Assembly (NCBI GenBank): GCA_022823665.1
Contig: JAJEHN010000037.1
Span: 23,531 to 87,530 of the forward strand
Direction: 5' to 3'
Origin: Thermoanaerobaculia bacterium
GTDB lineage: Bacteria; Acidobacteriota; Thermoanaerobaculia; Multivoradales; Multivoraceae
Length of the DNA: 64,000 nt
The notes under the pieces were generated by a model. It saw only the letters and a list, made by a program, of their open reading frames with translations. It was not told where the DNA came from and did no database searches. The translations under genes and the position numbers were made by a program. Shown here in pieces: positions 20,710 to 31,870 of this stretch (position 1 is its first letter; the number at the start of each line of letters is the position of its first letter).

Positions 20710-22467
20710 CTACCCGGACGGCACGGATACTGGTTCGCGAATCAGGGAGGTCAACCCCGTTCTCTCGTCGCGGATTCCCGCCGCGACCAGATAGTCCCCT
20801 TCGGGCAGGTTCATCGCCACTTCGACGCGGTACTTGCCGTCATCGGCCGCGACGCCCGCCGCCTCGCCGACGTCGATCGCTTTCTGCCGGACGGTAGTTC
20901 GCGCGCCTTTCTCGTCCTCGACGGCGACCAGCCAGAGGCGGAGTCGGGTGCTCGCGCCGGGCGAGGCGCCGTTCCCGCCGGCCAGGCTCGGGACGGAGTC
21001 CGCCGGCACGCTGACGCCTACCGTCAACTCATGGATCTTCTTCTCCAGCAGCCTCGTGCCGCCGAACTCGATGCTCGCTTCGAGCGGGTTCTCCGTGTTG
21101 CCGAGGTAGGCGACGGAGAGGAGGCGTTCGGCGAGCCGCTCGTCCAGTGGCTTGTCCCGGAAGGTGCGACGGTAGGTAATCCGCCGGCCCTTGTCGGTGC
21201 CGGGCGCGAGCATGACCGAGATCTGCCTCACCTCGCCCGTTTCCCCCTCCGCGGGAATGAACCCCAGCGAGTACGAGGCGGCGAGCTGGCCGGTCATGTC
21301 GTCAAGGAGGATCGACAGGTCGTTGGCGTTGATCAGTGCCTTGCCGCCGGTCTCGTGGGCCAGCAGGTGCAGGCCGCTCTGGGCGTTCATCGCCCGCAGG
21401 CTGACGTTCCGGGTCGAGGGCGACAACTGGGGGTTGTCGAGTGAGATATCGGGGCTGGCACCGCGCACGCCGGCGGCATCGACTCCGTAGAACGTGACGC
21501 GATTCGCGTTGGCGTGAGCCGAGATGCGGTTGAACCGGCGGCTCTCGTCGTACTGGACGATCTCCGCCATCGTCTCCGAGTTCGCGCTGGGGCGCAGGTC
21601 CCGGCAGAGTTCGCTGCCCAGGTAGTCGAGGACGGAGATGCCGGGCCGTTGGGGCAGGCCGTCCGTGACGTGGATCACAGCCTTCCTGCCCGGCACCCCG
21701 GCGAGGGTGGTCACCAGATCGGCGAGGCCGTCGGCCGCGACCGCCGTGTTGGTCGCCCGGTTGTCGGCGTACTGCCGCGCCAGCCCCAGCATCTCGCCCC
21801 AGTTGTCCTCGCAGGGGCGACAGTACGGCGCCAATCTGCAGGCCTCGTAGCTGTCGATCAGGCTCCGAATCGCAAAGAGACGGGCGCCGCGGCCGTTCTG
21901 GATCGCCCGCGGGGAGCCCTTCGGGATGCTCGTCGCCCCTTCCAGGATGCCGCCGAGGTCGCGCGTGGGCGGCACGAGCACCTCGAGCCGGTTGACGAAC
22001 CGGGCGAGCATGAAGCTTGCGTCCATGGACCGCCACGGCTCGACCGCGGCTTCCAGCCGTCGCAACAGGCGGGTGCGGTGAGACGGGAAGATGTTCGGGT
22101 CGTCCAGGTAGAAGACGACGGTGAGCGGACCCGGGTCGGCGTTGCCGGATGGTGTCACGGCGCGCACGGCAGGGCGTTCCCGTTTGCGGTTGCCGGTCGG
22201 CCTGTCCACGAAGATCGCCGACTCGTAGAAGTTCGTGATCGCGACCGGCTGACCATCGACGTACAGCTCGAAGTCCTCGCGATCCAGCCCCTTGACCGGG
22301 CGCCCCTTCCTGTCGGTCACCGCGACGTCGACTTCGACCACCTGGACGTCGACCGAGTCGACGAAAGGCTGGCTGGGTTGGGCTTCCAGGGTCGCTGCCA
22401 GGGCGAGGCACAGAAACGATGCCAGGGCCGGCGCCGTTCGCGGATTGCGCTCAGGTCGTGTCGCCAT
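20710..22467 (-). CDS. Acidobacteria-type VWA domain protein (copy 1)
   Basis: Same architecture, clear paralog of 18964-20685; GGAGG SD upstream. Confidence 0.85.
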   Translation of the reverse strand: MATRPERNPRTAPALASFLCLALAATLEAQPSQPFVDSVDVQVVEVDVAVTDRKGRPVKGLDREDFELYVDGQPVAITNFYESAIFVDRPTGNRKRERPAVRAVTPSGNADPGPLTVVFYLDDPNIFPSHRTRLLRRLEAAVEPWRSMDASFMLARFVNRLEVLVPPTRDLGGILEGATSIPKGSPRAIQNGRGARLFAIRSLIDSYEACRLAPYCRPCEDNWGEMLGLARQYADNRATNTAVAADGLADLVTTLAGVPGRKAVIHVTDGLPQRPGISVLDYLGSELCRDLRPSANSETMAEIVQYDESRRFNRISAHANANRVTFYGVDAAGVRGASPDISLDNPQLSPSTRNVSLRAMNAQSGLHLLAHETGGKALINANDLSILLDDMTGQLAASYSLGFIPAEGETGEVRQISVMLAPGTDKGRRITYRRTFRDKPLDERLAERLLSVAYLGNTENPLEASIEFGGTRLLEKKIHELTVGVSVPADSVPSLAGGNGASPGASTRLRLWLVAVEDEKGARTTVRQKAIDVGEAAGVAADDGKYRVEVAMNLPEGDYLVAAGIRDERTGLTSLIREPVSVPSG

Positions 22468-22647
22468 GTTGCCTCCCTACGTCCCACTTGGGGCTGTTGG
22501 TCGATCCTGACGGACAGTGACGCAATTTTCGTGCCGGGACGGCTGCACACCGAGCGGCAGGGCTAGCCTCGGGGTGATTGGTTGCCGGGCTGGCGGCGGG
22601 CTTGTTCACGCCGATTACGATACAGACCTTCCAGCAAGTGGCTCCAG

Positions 22648-23637
22648 ATGACTTCCCGTTCAGCCGCAGCGCTCCAGGCGGTCGTCGCCGGTGTCCTGTT
22701 CTCGACCGGCGGTGCCGCCGTCAAAGCGACCCAGCTCGATGCCTGGCAGGTGGCCGGGATGCGCTCCCTGATTGCGGCCGCGGTGCTGCTGGTCGCGTTT
22801 CCCGCGGCGCGGCGGTGGGCAGGCGGCGGTGGCGGGAAGAGTCAGGCGGCCAGCTCGTCCCGCTGGTGGCGCAGCCCGGCGCGGCGGCGTGCCCTCCTCC
22901 TCACCCTGGGGACCGGTTGCTGTTACTGCCTGACCCTGGTCCTGTTCGTCCACGCGGCCAAGCGGACGACGGCGGCCGAGACGATCTTCCTGCAGTCGAC
23001 GGCGCCCCTGTTCGTGCTGCTGCTTGCGCCCATCCTCCTGCGGGAGAGGCCCAGCGGACGGCAGCTTCTGTTCGTGCCCCTGTTCGCCGCGGGCCTGGTG
23101 ATGGCGTTCTTCGGCGGCGCCGATGCCGCCGTCACCGCCCCGGACCCCCGGACGGGCAACGTGCTCGCCACCTTCTGCGGTCTGGCTTACGGTCTGACCC
23201 TGATCGGCCTGCGTGCCGCCGGCCGGCCGCGGCCGGTGCGACCGGCCGGTGCGCCCGGCGAAGCGTTCTCTGCGGGGACCGGCGAGGCCGCTCGCGCACC
23301 CGGAATCGCGGCCGCTGCCTGCGGCAACGTGATGGTCTGCCTCGCGTGCCTGCCGGTCATGGCGCCTCTCACCGCCGCGGCTCCCGGCGACTTACTGGTC
23401 GTGGCGTATCTCGGGCTGTTCCAGGTGGCTCTCGCCTACGTCTTCGTGACCCGGGCCGCCAGCGTCCTGCAAGCCCCCGTCGTCGCGCTCCTTCTGCTGC
23501 TGGAACCCGCGCTCACTCCGGTCTGGGCGATGTGGTTCCACGGGGAGCAGCCGCACCTGCTTACCTGGCTCGGCGGTGCGGTCATAGCCGCGGCGACCGT
23601 GCTGCTCGCGACGGTCGTGCGGTCCGCGGACGAGTAG
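22648..23637 (+). CDS. EamA/DMT family transporter
   Basis: LFSTGG, FLQSTAP, LGLFQ.ALAY, LLEP..P.W, GE.P; start at ATG 22648 inferred. Confidence 0.88.
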   Translation: MTSRSAAALQAVVAGVLFSTGGAAVKATQLDAWQVAGMRSLIAAAVLLVAFPAARRWAGGGGGKSQAASSSRWWRSPARRRALLLTLGTGCCYCLTLVLFVHAAKRTTAAETIFLQSTAPLFVLLLAPILLRERPSGRQLLFVPLFAAGLVMAFFGGADAAVTAPDPRTGNVLATFCGLAYGLTLIGLRAAGRPRPVRPAGAPGEAFSAGTGEAARAPGIAAAACGNVMVCLACLPVMAPLTAAAPGDLLVVAYLGLFQVALAYVFVTRAASVLQAPVVALLLLLEPALTPVWAMWFHGEQPHLLTWLGGAVIAAATVLLATVVRSADE

Positions 23638-23653
23638 GGCGCGCTCCTCTCTG

Positions 23654-23678
23654 CTAAACAAACGTCCTTTGCGGCGTC
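23654..23678 (+). promoter_or_regulatory. Possible ECF-type promoter upstream of the ECF sigma gene
   Basis: CTAAAC-N15-CGTC; spacing one base short of the typical AAC-N16-CGT. Confidence 0.3.
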
Positions 23679-23707
23679 TTCTCCACTGAACCCACCGGGG
23701 CGCCGGC

Positions 23708-24391
23708 ATGGAGCCGGCGCACTCGGAGCCAAGGAGGCGCCGTTTGACGATCGCAAGCGTTTCGATGACCGAAGGGCCGCCCGCAGTTCCTCCCGCCGCG
23801 CCGGACTCTGCCGGGGACGCGCTGCAGGGGCTCTTCGAGGAGCACCACCGGTTGATGTTCCACACGGCCTACCGCGTCACGGGCAACGCTTCCGACGCGG
23901 AGGACGTGCTGCAGACGATCTTCCTGCGGCTGCTGAACCGGCCGCCGCGGTCCCTGGACACGGCGAAGGCCGGCGGCTATCTGCGGCGGGCGGCGATCAA
24001 CGCCTCGCTCGACCTGATCCGTTCGCGCAAGCGCTCGCGCCTCGTGGCACTCGATCAGCAGGTTCTCGAGGAAGTGGGACCGTCTTCCGCCGTGGAGAGC
24101 GATCCGGCGCGGCGCTTCGCCTCGCTGGAACTCCGCGACCGGTTGCGACGCGAGCTGGCCAAGGTCAACCCGCGGGCGGCCGAGATGTTCGTGCTGCGCT
24201 ACTTCGAGGGTTACCGGAACTCGGAGATCGGGCCGATGATGGGCACTTCGCGAATGACCGTGGCGGTGACGCTGCACCGGCTGCGCAAACGCCTGGGTGC
24301 GGCGCTCGCCGAGGAGGACGCCGCGGGATTGGAACAGGACGGACCGGAAGACCGGAAGGACCGGGAAGAAGAGCGGAGGGAGCTGCGATGA
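23708..24391 (+). CDS. ECF RNA polymerase sigma factor
   Basis: AYRVTGNASDAEDVLQTIF (region 2); FVLRYFEGY.NSEI (region 4). Confidence 0.92.
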   Translation: MEPAHSEPRRRRLTIASVSMTEGPPAVPPAAPDSAGDALQGLFEEHHRLMFHTAYRVTGNASDAEDVLQTIFLRLLNRPPRSLDTAKAGGYLRRAAINASLDLIRSRKRSRLVALDQQVLEEVGPSSAVESDPARRFASLELRDRLRRELAKVNPRAAEMFVLRYFEGYRNSEIGPMMGTSRMTVAVTLHRLRKRLGAALAEEDAAGLEQDGPEDRKDREEERRELR

Positions 24392-27213
24392 GCGACCGCA
24401 ACCAGATGAACCAGACTCTGATCGAAACCGCGCAGGCGATCGCCGCGGAGCGGCCGCCGGCCGAAGTCGAGGCCGCCGCGGCCGCACGCGTGCGGCAGGC
24501 GCTGGCCGCCGCGGCCGGCGCGCCCCACGCCGACATCGACGCGAACGCGACGCTGACATCCTGCACCGACTACCAGGCGCGGATGCCGGCCCTGGTCGCG
24601 GGCACGTTGCCGGAGGCCCAGCGCCTCCTGGTGGAGGACCACACCCGCGAGTGCATCCCCTGCCGCAAGCACCTGCAGGCGGTGCGGGCCGGCCGCGCGG
24701 TGGCCGACGTCGCCGGGCCGGCAGCGCCGGCTCGGGTTGGCCGCTACTACGCGGCCGCCGCGGCAGTGGTCGGCGTGGCCGTGGCGGGCGTGTGGCTCAG
24801 CCAGCGGGTGCTCCTGCCGCCCCAGGACGGCATCGTGCAGGTGCGGAGTGTCGATGGCCGGATGTTCACGGCAGGCGACGACCGCGGGGCGGACCTCGTT
24901 CCGCTCGGCCCCGGCGACGCGGTCGACGGCGGTGACCGGATCCGCACCGGCGCGGGCAGCCGCGCGGTGCTCGAACTTGGCGATGGCTCCCGGGTCGAGG
25001 CCGCCGGACTGACCACGTTCCGCGTCGACGCCCGGCGCAGCGGTCATCGTGTGCGGGTCGACCGCGGCAGCGTGATCGTCCAGGCCGCCCAGCAGGAGAA
25101 CGGTTCGCTGATCGTGTCGACCGAGGAGATGCTGGTGGCGGTCAAGGGCACGATCTTCGCCGTCACGCACGGCGTCAAGGGGTCGCGCGTCTCGGTGATC
25201 GAGGGCGAGGTCGAAGTCGAGAAGGGCCGCGAGCGCCACAGCCTGCTGGCCGGCGATCAGTTTCGCAGCCGTCCGACACTGGTGGCGATGACGTTGCAGG
25301 AGGAAGTCGGCTGGAGCCAGGACGCGGATCGCTACCTCGCCTTGCTCGAGGAGTTCAAGTCGCTGCGCAGCGAACTGAACCAGTTGATGGAAGCGGCGCC
25401 GGCGCGCCACTCGACACGGCTGCTCGACCTGATGCCCGCCGACACGAAGGTCTACATGGCGATGCCGAACGCGCCGGCCACGTTGAGCGACCTGTTCGAG
25501 CTCGTGCGGTCGCGCGTCGGCACGAGCGACCTGTTCGCCGAGTGGTGGACCGAGTTCGAAGCCTCCGGCGCGGTCGGGACGATCGACGAAGTGATCGCGT
25601 TGCTGGGCGAACTCGGGGACACGATGGGCGCCGAGACGGTCATCGCGCTCTCCGGCGGCATCGCCGACAACACGGCCCGCCCCCTGCTCGTCACGGAAGT
25701 CTCGGACGCCACCGCCCTGCGGGAAGCGCTCGACGAACACCTGGAGGGACTCGGCGACGCGATGGGCGAGGAGGGCACGCCGGTCATCGTCGAGGATCTC
25801 GATGCGGCGGCCGAGTCGGACGGCGCGCTCCTGGTCTGGATCGCCGACGACCTCGCCGCGGCGTCGCCTTCGCTCGCCGCGCTTCGCACCGTGGCGGCGA
25901 ACCGGGAAGGCGCGACCAACCCGTTCGTCGGTTCGCGGCTGCACGGCCGGCTCGCGGAACGCTATGCCGCCGGCGCGGAGCTGCTGGCCGCGGTCGAACT
26001 GGCGGCCGTGGTGGCCGAACTCGGGGACGGCGAGGAGGCGGACGCCAACGGCTTCGCGTTCAGCGGGCTCGACCACGTCGAGGATCTGGTCGCTTCGCGG
26101 ACCCAGGACGGCGACCGGGCGAACCTCACCGCGACCCTGAGCTTCGACGGCGAGCGGTCGGGGATGGTCTCCTGGCTGTCCGAGCCGGGAACCAACGGCG
26201 CCCTCGACTTCTTCTCTCCCGAGGCGTCCTTCGTCGCCGCCGGCGTGATCGAGGATCCGCTGACGATCTACGACGACTTCCTCGACTTCCTCGCCGACCT
26301 GGGCGGGGAGATGGACGGGCCGCCGGCGGAGATAGAGAGCGAACTGGGCATGTCGATTCGCGAGGACTTCCTGGCGCACCTGGGTGGTGAGTACGCCGCC
26401 GGCATCGACGGTCCGGTCCTGCCCTCGCCGGCGTGGAAGGCGGTTGCGTCCGTCTACGATGCGGAGGGCTTGCAGAACTCGATCGAGACCCTCGCCCGAA
26501 AGGCGAACGACCGGCTGGCGGCGGAGGGAGTGGGCGCGGCGGTCTCGATCGACGAGCAGGAGTCGGGCGGCCGCACGGTCTACCGTCTCTCGATCGAGAT
26601 CGACGACGCGGAGGGCGACGGCGGGGAGGCCGACGAAGGCGACGACGACTCTCTCGAGGGAGTGCTCGAGAGCCTGGTGGAAACTCCCGAGATCTTCTAC
26701 ACGTACTTTGATGGGTACATGGTGAGCGCGTCCAGCGTGGCAACGATCGACACCGCGATCCGGTATCGCGGCAGCGGCGCCTCGCTGACCTCGAGCCAGC
26801 AGTTCCTCGATCTGCTGCCCGAGAACGGCTACGCGGACTTCTCCGCGATGGTCTACAACCGCCTCGCCGAGACGGCCAGCGAACTCTTCGACCTGCTGCC
26901 GACGGAGGTCGTGGGCGACGACCAGCAGGCCGTTGTCCAGGCGATCGAGGAGTCGATCACCAGCCAGGGGGCGTCCCTCTACACGGTGTACGCGGGTCGC
27001 AGCGAGATCGTCGTGACCTCCAGCGGTCCCAGCCTGCTGGCCTTCGCCGGATTGGGGCCGCTGCTCGGTATGCCCGCTCTCCTGGAGGGTCTGGAGGCGA
27101 TGGATGACGCGGCGGAGCCCGAGCCGGAGGCCGAGCCGGGAACCGAGGCGGACGATCAGGTCGCCGGGATTCTGCCCCCATCGGCGAGCAGCGGCCTGAG
27201 GCCCGCCGCCTGA
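24388..27213 (+). CDS. Large membrane-anchored anti-sigma-like protein (zinc-finger, TM, FecR-like, acidic C-domain)
   Basis: HTRECIPC (HxxxCxxC), TM segment, [32 protein letters not shown]; ATGA overlap with sigma. Confidence 0.8.
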   Translation: MSDRNQMNQTLIETAQAIAAERPPAEVEAAAAARVRQALAAAAGAPHADIDANATLTSCTDYQARMPALVAGTLPEAQRLLVEDHTRECIPCRKHLQAVRAGRAVADVAGPAAPARVGRYYAAAAAVVGVAVAGVWLSQRVLLPPQDGIVQVRSVDGRMFTAGDDRGADLVPLGPGDAVDGGDRIRTGAGSRAVLELGDGSRVEAAGLTTFRVDARRSGHRVRVDRGSVIVQAAQQENGSLIVSTEEMLVAVKGTIFAVTHGVKGSRVSVIEGEVEVEKGRERHSLLAGDQFRSRPTLVAMTLQEEVGWSQDADRYLALLEEFKSLRSELNQLMEAAPARHSTRLLDLMPADTKVYMAMPNAPATLSDLFELVRSRVGTSDLFAEWWTEFEASGAVGTIDEVIALLGELGDTMGAETVIALSGGIADNTARPLLVTEVSDATALREALDEHLEGLGDAMGEEGTPVIVEDLDAAAESDGALLVWIADDLAAASPSLAALRTVAANREGATNPFVGSRLHGRLAERYAAGAELLAAVELAAVVAELGDGEEADANGFAFSGLDHVEDLVASRTQDGDRANLTATLSFDGERSGMVSWLSEPGTNGALDFFSPEASFVAAGVIEDPLTIYDDFLDFLADLGGEMDGPPAEIESELGMSIREDFLAHLGGEYAAGIDGPVLPSPAWKAVASVYDAEGLQNSIETLARKANDRLAAEGVGAAVSIDEQESGGRTVYRLSIEIDDAEGDGGEADEGDDDSLEGVLESLVETPEIFYTYFDGYMVSASSVATIDTAIRYRGSGASLTSSQQFLDLLPENGYADFSAMVYNRLAETASELFDLLPTEVVGDDQQAVVQAIEESITSQGASLYTVYAGRSEIVVTSSGPSLLAFAGLGPLLGMPALLEGLEAMDDAAEPEPEAEPGTEADDQVAGILPPSASSGLRPAA

Positions 27214-28163
27214 TGAGTGAGGCGCCGCCGGTCATCGACCTCGACGGTCTCGGGGTTCGGTTCGGCCGGCACCAGGTGCTCGACGATCTGCGCGGCGCCT
27301 TTTCGGGCCGCGCGATCGGCCTCCTGGGGCCCAATGGCGCCGGCAAGACGACGCTGCTGAACACCCTGCTCGGCTTCTACCGGCCGACCGCCGGCACGGC
27401 GCGCCTGTTCGGCATGGACATCACCGCCCAGGGTCGGGAACTGCGGCGCCGGGTCGGCTACATGCCGGAGCGGGACGCCTTCATCGCCGGCATCTCGGGC
27501 GTCCGCTTCGTGCGGCTGATGGCGGAGGTTTCCGGGCTGCCGCCCGAGGCGGCGCTGGAACGCGCCCACGAGGTCTTCTTCTACGTCGGCCTGGGCGAGG
27601 CGCGCTACCGCAACGTGGAGACCTACTCGCTGGGCATGAAGCAGTTGCTGAAGCTGGCGCAGGCGATCGCCCACGGTCCGAGCCTCCTCTTTCTCGACGA
27701 GCCGACGAACGGTCTCGACCCGCCGGCACGGCTGCGCATGCTGCGGCTGATCCGGGAGATCCGGGACTCGGGCAAGGCCCGGATCGTCGTCTCGTCGCAC
27801 CTGCTCCGGGACGTGGAGGAGTGCTGCGAGGAGGTGCTCGTCCTGAACCGGGGGCGGATCGCCACCTACTGCAACCTCGCCGAGGAGCGCCGCGCCAACC
27901 GCCGGTTCCTCGAACTCGACCTCGCCGCGGAGCGCGAGGGCGCGGGGAGCGGCTTCCGGGCCGCGATCGAGGGGCTCGGCTGCGAGGTCGCCGTGGTCAA
28001 CCGCCGCCGGATCAAGGCCGTGCTGCCGCCGGGGGTCGAGGTGCGCCACATCTACGCTTCGGCGATCCAGCAGGACGTGACGATTCGCCGCCTGGACTAC
28101 AAGCGCACTTCGCTGGAGGACATCTTCCTCCAGGCGATGGAGGGCGACGATGGCCGTCTATGA
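27213..28163 (+). CDS. ABC transporter ATP-binding protein
   Basis: [25 protein letters not shown]. Confidence 0.95.
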   Translation: MSEAPPVIDLDGLGVRFGRHQVLDDLRGAFSGRAIGLLGPNGAGKTTLLNTLLGFYRPTAGTARLFGMDITAQGRELRRRVGYMPERDAFIAGISGVRFVRLMAEVSGLPPEAALERAHEVFFYVGLGEARYRNVETYSLGMKQLLKLAQAIAHGPSLLFLDEPTNGLDPPARLRMLRLIREIRDSGKARIVVSSHLLRDVEECCEEVLVLNRGRIATYCNLAEERRANRRFLELDLAAEREGAGSGFRAAIEGLGCEVAVVNRRRIKAVLPPGVEVRHIYASAIQQDVTIRRLDYKRTSLEDIFLQAMEGDDGRL

Positions 28164-29022
28164 CCACGGCTACAAGGGCTACGACGGTCCCCTGATGCCG
28201 GCGCGGAGCCGTTTCCTCGTCATCAGCCGCTACGGCCTGCGCGACGTCTTCGCGTCGCGGCTGTTCCTGGCCTTCTTCGCTTTCTGCTTCGCCTGGCCGC
28301 TGGTGCTGCTCGGCGCCATGTACCTGCGCTACAACGCGGAGGCGCTGGCCCTGATCAACCTCGATTCGGCCGACCTGCTCGAGTTCGTCCAGGTCAACAC
28401 CTGGTTCTTCCAGAACCTCTTCCTGCGCGCCCAGTTGTACCTGGCGTTTATCGTCGTGCTCGTCGTCGGGCCGTCGCTGGTCTCGGCGGATCTGCGGAAC
28501 CGGGCGATGCCGCTCTACCTCTCGCGGCCGCTCACGCGGACGGACTACGTGCTCGGCAAGCTCGTCGTCCTCGGCGTCCTCGTCTCGGCGATCACCTGGG
28601 CGCCGGGGCTGCTCCTGTTCGCAATCCAGGCGTCGCTCGGCGGCCGCGAGTGGCTGCTGGAGCACTGGCGGGTCGCGCCGTCGATGGTCGTCGTGTCGGT
28701 CGTCTGGCTTCTCTGCATGTCGCTGCCGATGCTGGCGATCGCGGCCTGGGTGAAGTGGAAGCCCTGGGCCCGGATCGTCTTCATGGGCGCGATCCTCACG
28801 GGCACGGCCTTCGGCTCGTTCTACAAGGAGTTCTACGACTCCTGGCTCGGCAGCCTGGTCGTCGCCTTCGACGTGACGGACGCGCTCTCCGCCTCCGTCT
28901 TCGGCACCCAAGGGACCGTCCAGATGCCGGAGGCGGCCGCCTGGCTGGCGGCGGCCGCGCTGGCCTCCTTGTCGGCGGCCCTGCTCTACCGGCGCGTGCG
29001 CGCCTTCGAGGTCGTCAAGTGA
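28150..29022 (+). CDS. ABC-2 type permease
   Basis: Six hydrophobic segments, [13 protein letters not shown]. Confidence 0.85.
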   Translation: MAVYDHGYKGYDGPLMPARSRFLVISRYGLRDVFASRLFLAFFAFCFAWPLVLLGAMYLRYNAEALALINLDSADLLEFVQVNTWFFQNLFLRAQLYLAFIVVLVVGPSLVSADLRNRAMPLYLSRPLTRTDYVLGKLVVLGVLVSAITWAPGLLLFAIQASLGGREWLLEHWRVAPSMVVVSVVWLLCMSLPMLAIAAWVKWKPWARIVFMGAILTGTAFGSFYKEFYDSWLGSLVVAFDVTDALSASVFGTQGTVQMPEAAAWLAAAALASLSAALLYRRVRAFEVVK

Positions 29023-29975
29023 GCGACGACCGCAACATCGTGATCCACGACGTCTCGAAGTTCTACGGCGACGTGCTGGGCGTCAACCGGGTCGACCTGG
29101 AGATCGAGCCGGGCATCACCAGCCTGGTCGGCCCGAACGGCTCCGGCAAGAGCACGCTGATGAACCTGCTAGCGGGCCTGTTGCGGCCGACCCGGGGCGA
29201 GATCAGCGTTCTCGGCCTCCCGGTGACCCGGCCGCAGGATCTGTTCCGCCGTTTCGGCTACTGCACCCAGTACGACTCCTTCCCGCGGGGCGCCACCGGC
29301 TGGCAGTTCGTCTTCTCCTACCTGCTGCTTCACGGCCTGGACCGCGGCGAGGCGGAACGCCTGACCGCCCGGGCCCTGGAGCGCGTCGGCCTGGTCGACT
29401 CGGCGCACCGTCGGATCGCGGGCTACAGCAAGGGCATGCGGCAACGGATCAAGCTGGCGCAGGCGATCGCGCACGGGCCGCAGGTCATGGTGCTCGATGA
29501 GCCGCTCAACGGCCTCGATCCGATGGTCCGCGCCGAGACGATCGAACTCTTCCGGCAACTGGCCGGCGAGGGACAGCACGTGCTCATCTCGAGCCACATC
29601 CTGCACGAGGTCGACCTGCTGTCGGACCGCGTCATCCTGATCTCGAACGGCTACATCGTCGCCGAAGGCGAGGTGCCGGGCATGCGGGCGGAAGTCGAGG
29701 AGGTCCGCGAGCAGCCGCTCCAGGTCTTCGTGCGCTGCGACCGTCCGCAGTGGCTCGCCGGCCGCGCCTTCGAGCTGGACCACGTCACCGAGGTGCAGCT
29801 TCACGACGACGGCGGCGGCCTCCACCTGCGCACGCGGGACGCGGACCGCTTTCTGCGCCTGGTGGCCGAACTGGTCGCCGAGGGCGGCGTGGAGGTCGAA
29901 GCGGTGGGCCCGGCGGACAGCGACCTGCAGGCCGTCTACCGCTACCTGGTTGACGAAGAGGAGGAGCCCTCGTGA
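29019..29975 (+). CDS. ABC transporter ATP-binding protein
   Basis: [25 protein letters not shown]; GTGA overlap. Confidence 0.95.
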   Translation: MSDDRNIVIHDVSKFYGDVLGVNRVDLEIEPGITSLVGPNGSGKSTLMNLLAGLLRPTRGEISVLGLPVTRPQDLFRRFGYCTQYDSFPRGATGWQFVFSYLLLHGLDRGEAERLTARALERVGLVDSAHRRIAGYSKGMRQRIKLAQAIAHGPQVMVLDEPLNGLDPMVRAETIELFRQLAGEGQHVLISSHILHEVDLLSDRVILISNGYIVAEGEVPGMRAEVEEVREQPLQVFVRCDRPQWLAGRAFELDHVTEVQLHDDGGGLHLRTRDADRFLRLVAELVAEGGVEVEAVGPADSDLQAVYRYLVDEEEEPS

Positions 29976-30826
29976 CGGTGGCCCAGGAGACGGCGGCGCG
30001 TCCGCGCCTCGACTGGGCGCTCCTGGCCCGGCAGGTCGGCGGACTCGTGCGGCTGGAACTGCGCCGGCTGCTGCTGACCCGCAGGGCGGTGATCCTGGGG
30101 CTCGCGTCGGCGATTCCCGTGGGGATCGTCCTCCTGGTCGGCTCGATACCGATCGGCGGCCAGACGGTGCTGGAACGCTTCGGCAACCGGATCGTCTACG
30201 AGACGATCTTCGAGACGGTCTTCCTCGGCGCGATCCTGTTCTTCGGTTGCCTGTACGTCTTCTTCAACCTGTTCCGGGGCGAGATCCTGGAGCGCAGCCT
30301 GCACTACCTGCTGCTGACGCCGCTTCGCCGCGAAGTCGTCGTGGCGGCGAAGTACGCGGCCGCGGTCGCCGCGGTGGCGGTGCTGTTCATGGCGAGCACC
30401 GTGTTCAGCTACGCGCTGATCTACCTGCCCGTGGGCGTCTCCGGTGCGATCGAGGACCTGACCGCCGGCCCGGGCGGCCGCCATCTGGTGGCCTACCTGG
30501 GGGTGACCCTGCTCGCCTGCATCGGCTACGGCTCGCTGTTCACACTGGTCGGCATGGTGTTCCGGAACCCCATCATCCCGGCCGGCGCCCTGTATGTCTG
30601 GGAGATGCTGCACTTCCTGCTGCCGCCGGCGCTCAAGAAGCTCAGCGTGATCCACTATCTGAAGGGCCTGCTGCCGGTGCCGCTTTCCGACGGTCCGTTC
30701 GCCGTGGTCGTCGAACCGCCGCCGCCGGCCGTCTCCGTCCTCGGCCTGCTCGCCTTCGCCGCCGTCGTGCTCGCGGTGACCGCCCTGATCATCCGCCGCA
30801 TGGAGATCCGGTACACCGAGGACTGA
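29972..30826 (+). CDS. ABC-2 type permease
   Basis: Hydrophobic helices, [17 protein letters not shown]...AK. Confidence 0.85.
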   Translation: MTVAQETAARPRLDWALLARQVGGLVRLELRRLLLTRRAVILGLASAIPVGIVLLVGSIPIGGQTVLERFGNRIVYETIFETVFLGAILFFGCLYVFFNLFRGEILERSLHYLLLTPLRREVVVAAKYAAAVAAVAVLFMASTVFSYALIYLPVGVSGAIEDLTAGPGGRHLVAYLGVTLLACIGYGSLFTLVGMVFRNPIIPAGALYVWEMLHFLLPPALKKLSVIHYLKGLLPVPLSDGPFAVVVEPPPPAVSVLGLLAFAAVVLAVTALIIRRMEIRYTED

Positions 30827-30827
30827 C

Positions 30828-30900
30828 CACTGGGTGCGCGGGTCGTCTGACCCGCCGCCGCCGCAGGCGGCATGAAGAACGCGCCGGCCGCAGGCCGGCC
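30828..30900 (+). repeat. REP-like composite (CACTGGGTG-CGCGGGTC/GACCCGC variant plus two GC hairpins)
   Basis: Starts 1 nt after the permease stop; CACTGGGTGCGCGGGTCGTCTGACCCGC 30828-30855; matches copies in aroE and hemCD. Confidence 0.85.
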
Positions 30901-30920
30901 CAATCTGCCACGATTGCCTT

Positions 30921-31343
30921 ATGGCCACGATCGACATCGGCGGCCTGGCGATCCCCGAGCGGGCGCTGAGCTTCAAGTTCGTCCGCGCCTCGGGCCCCGG
31001 CGGTCAGAACGTGAACAAGGTGGCAACGGCCGCGCAGTGCCGCCTCGACCTCGACGCGGCCGGTATCGAGGGGCCTTTGCGGCGTCGCCTGGAGGCGTTG
31101 GCCGGGAAGCGCCTCACCGTGGCCGGCGAGATCGTCGTCTCCGCCGATACCCACCGCACCCAGGCCCGCAACCGGGCCGAGGCGCTCGCACGGCTCGGAG
31201 CGATGATCGAAGAGGCTAGTGAGGAGCCGCGGCCGCGCCGCCCCACGCGGCCCTCTGCCGGCGCAAGGGAAAGGCGGCTTCAGGACAAGCGCCGGCGCGG
31301 CGAGACGAAGAGGCGCCGCGGTCCGGTCGGCCCGGAAGACTAG
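30921..31343 (+). CDS. arfB: Alternative ribosome rescue peptidyl-tRNA hydrolase ArfB
   Basis: F.RASGPGGQNVNKVAT, basic C-tail RR.TRPS...RERRL..K.RRG..K..R. Confidence 0.95.
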   Translation: MATIDIGGLAIPERALSFKFVRASGPGGQNVNKVATAAQCRLDLDAAGIEGPLRRRLEALAGKRLTVAGEIVVSADTHRTQARNRAEALARLGAMIEEASEEPRPRRPTRPSAGARERRLQDKRRRGETKRRRGPVGPED

Positions 31344-31351
31344 GAGGTCGG

Positions 31352-31747
31352 CTACCCCAGCCCGCCGCGGCACGACACGGTCGTGAACCAGCCACGGTCC
31401 GCCGTTTCCAGGTCGATCTCGATGTCCTGGCCGCGGGTCAGTTCCTCCCAGACCGGATGGTCTGACGGCGGGCAGGCGATCTCCGCCACCATGCGCTCCC
31501 GTTGACGACCGGGCATGATCATCAGGTCGCCCGCGAACTCTGGAATCACGACGATGCGATGGATGAGCGTATCCACCCGTTCCAGCTCCCGGCCGACCCA
31601 GACCCTGGTCCACCCCTGGCGCAGCCGCTGCGGCGACGGGAAGTCCAGGCTGTGCCGGTAGACGAGGTCGGCGCTGACGTGAGGCGGAGAGCCGCACGAG
31701 ACGGGCGCCAGTGCGGCGACGATCAGCGGTAGAAGCACGCGGCGCAT
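31352..31747 (-). CDS. Hypothetical lipoprotein, 131 aa
   Basis: MRRVLLPLIVAALAPVSCG signal/lipobox-like; C-terminal part of track ORF 31352..33247. Confidence 0.6.
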   Translation of the reverse strand: MRRVLLPLIVAALAPVSCGSPPHVSADLVYRHSLDFPSPQRLRQGWTRVWVGRELERVDTLIHRIVVIPEFAGDLMIMPGRQRERMVAEIACPPSDHPVWEELTRGQDIEIDLETADRGWFTTVSCRGGLG

Positions 31748-31789
31748 GGCGGCGCACAAACTACCGCACTTGACGTGTCGGCGACAGCA

Positions 31790-31836
31790 ACTGGGTGCGC
31801 CGGCGCCCTCGCCGGCATCCGGCGCAGAGCGCCGGC
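31790..31836 (+). repeat. REP-like palindrome (GCCGGC-stem variant)
   Basis: ACTGGGTGCGCCGGCGCCCTCGCCGGCATCCGGCGC identical to 46609-46644. Confidence 0.9.
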
Positions 31837-31870
31837 CCTCCGGCCGACACCCACGGCTATGCTTCACGCC

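Noticed and set aside
19267-21444. 725-aa plus-strand ORF
   Set aside because: Antisense shadow of the VWA genes; long stop-free antisense frames are expected at this GC content
24211-26379. 722-aa minus-strand ORF
   Set aside because: Antisense shadow of the anti-sigma gene
30901-30908. Fourth CAATCTGC upstream of arfB as part of the DUF4143 operator set
   Set aside because: A single isolated octamer can occur by chance
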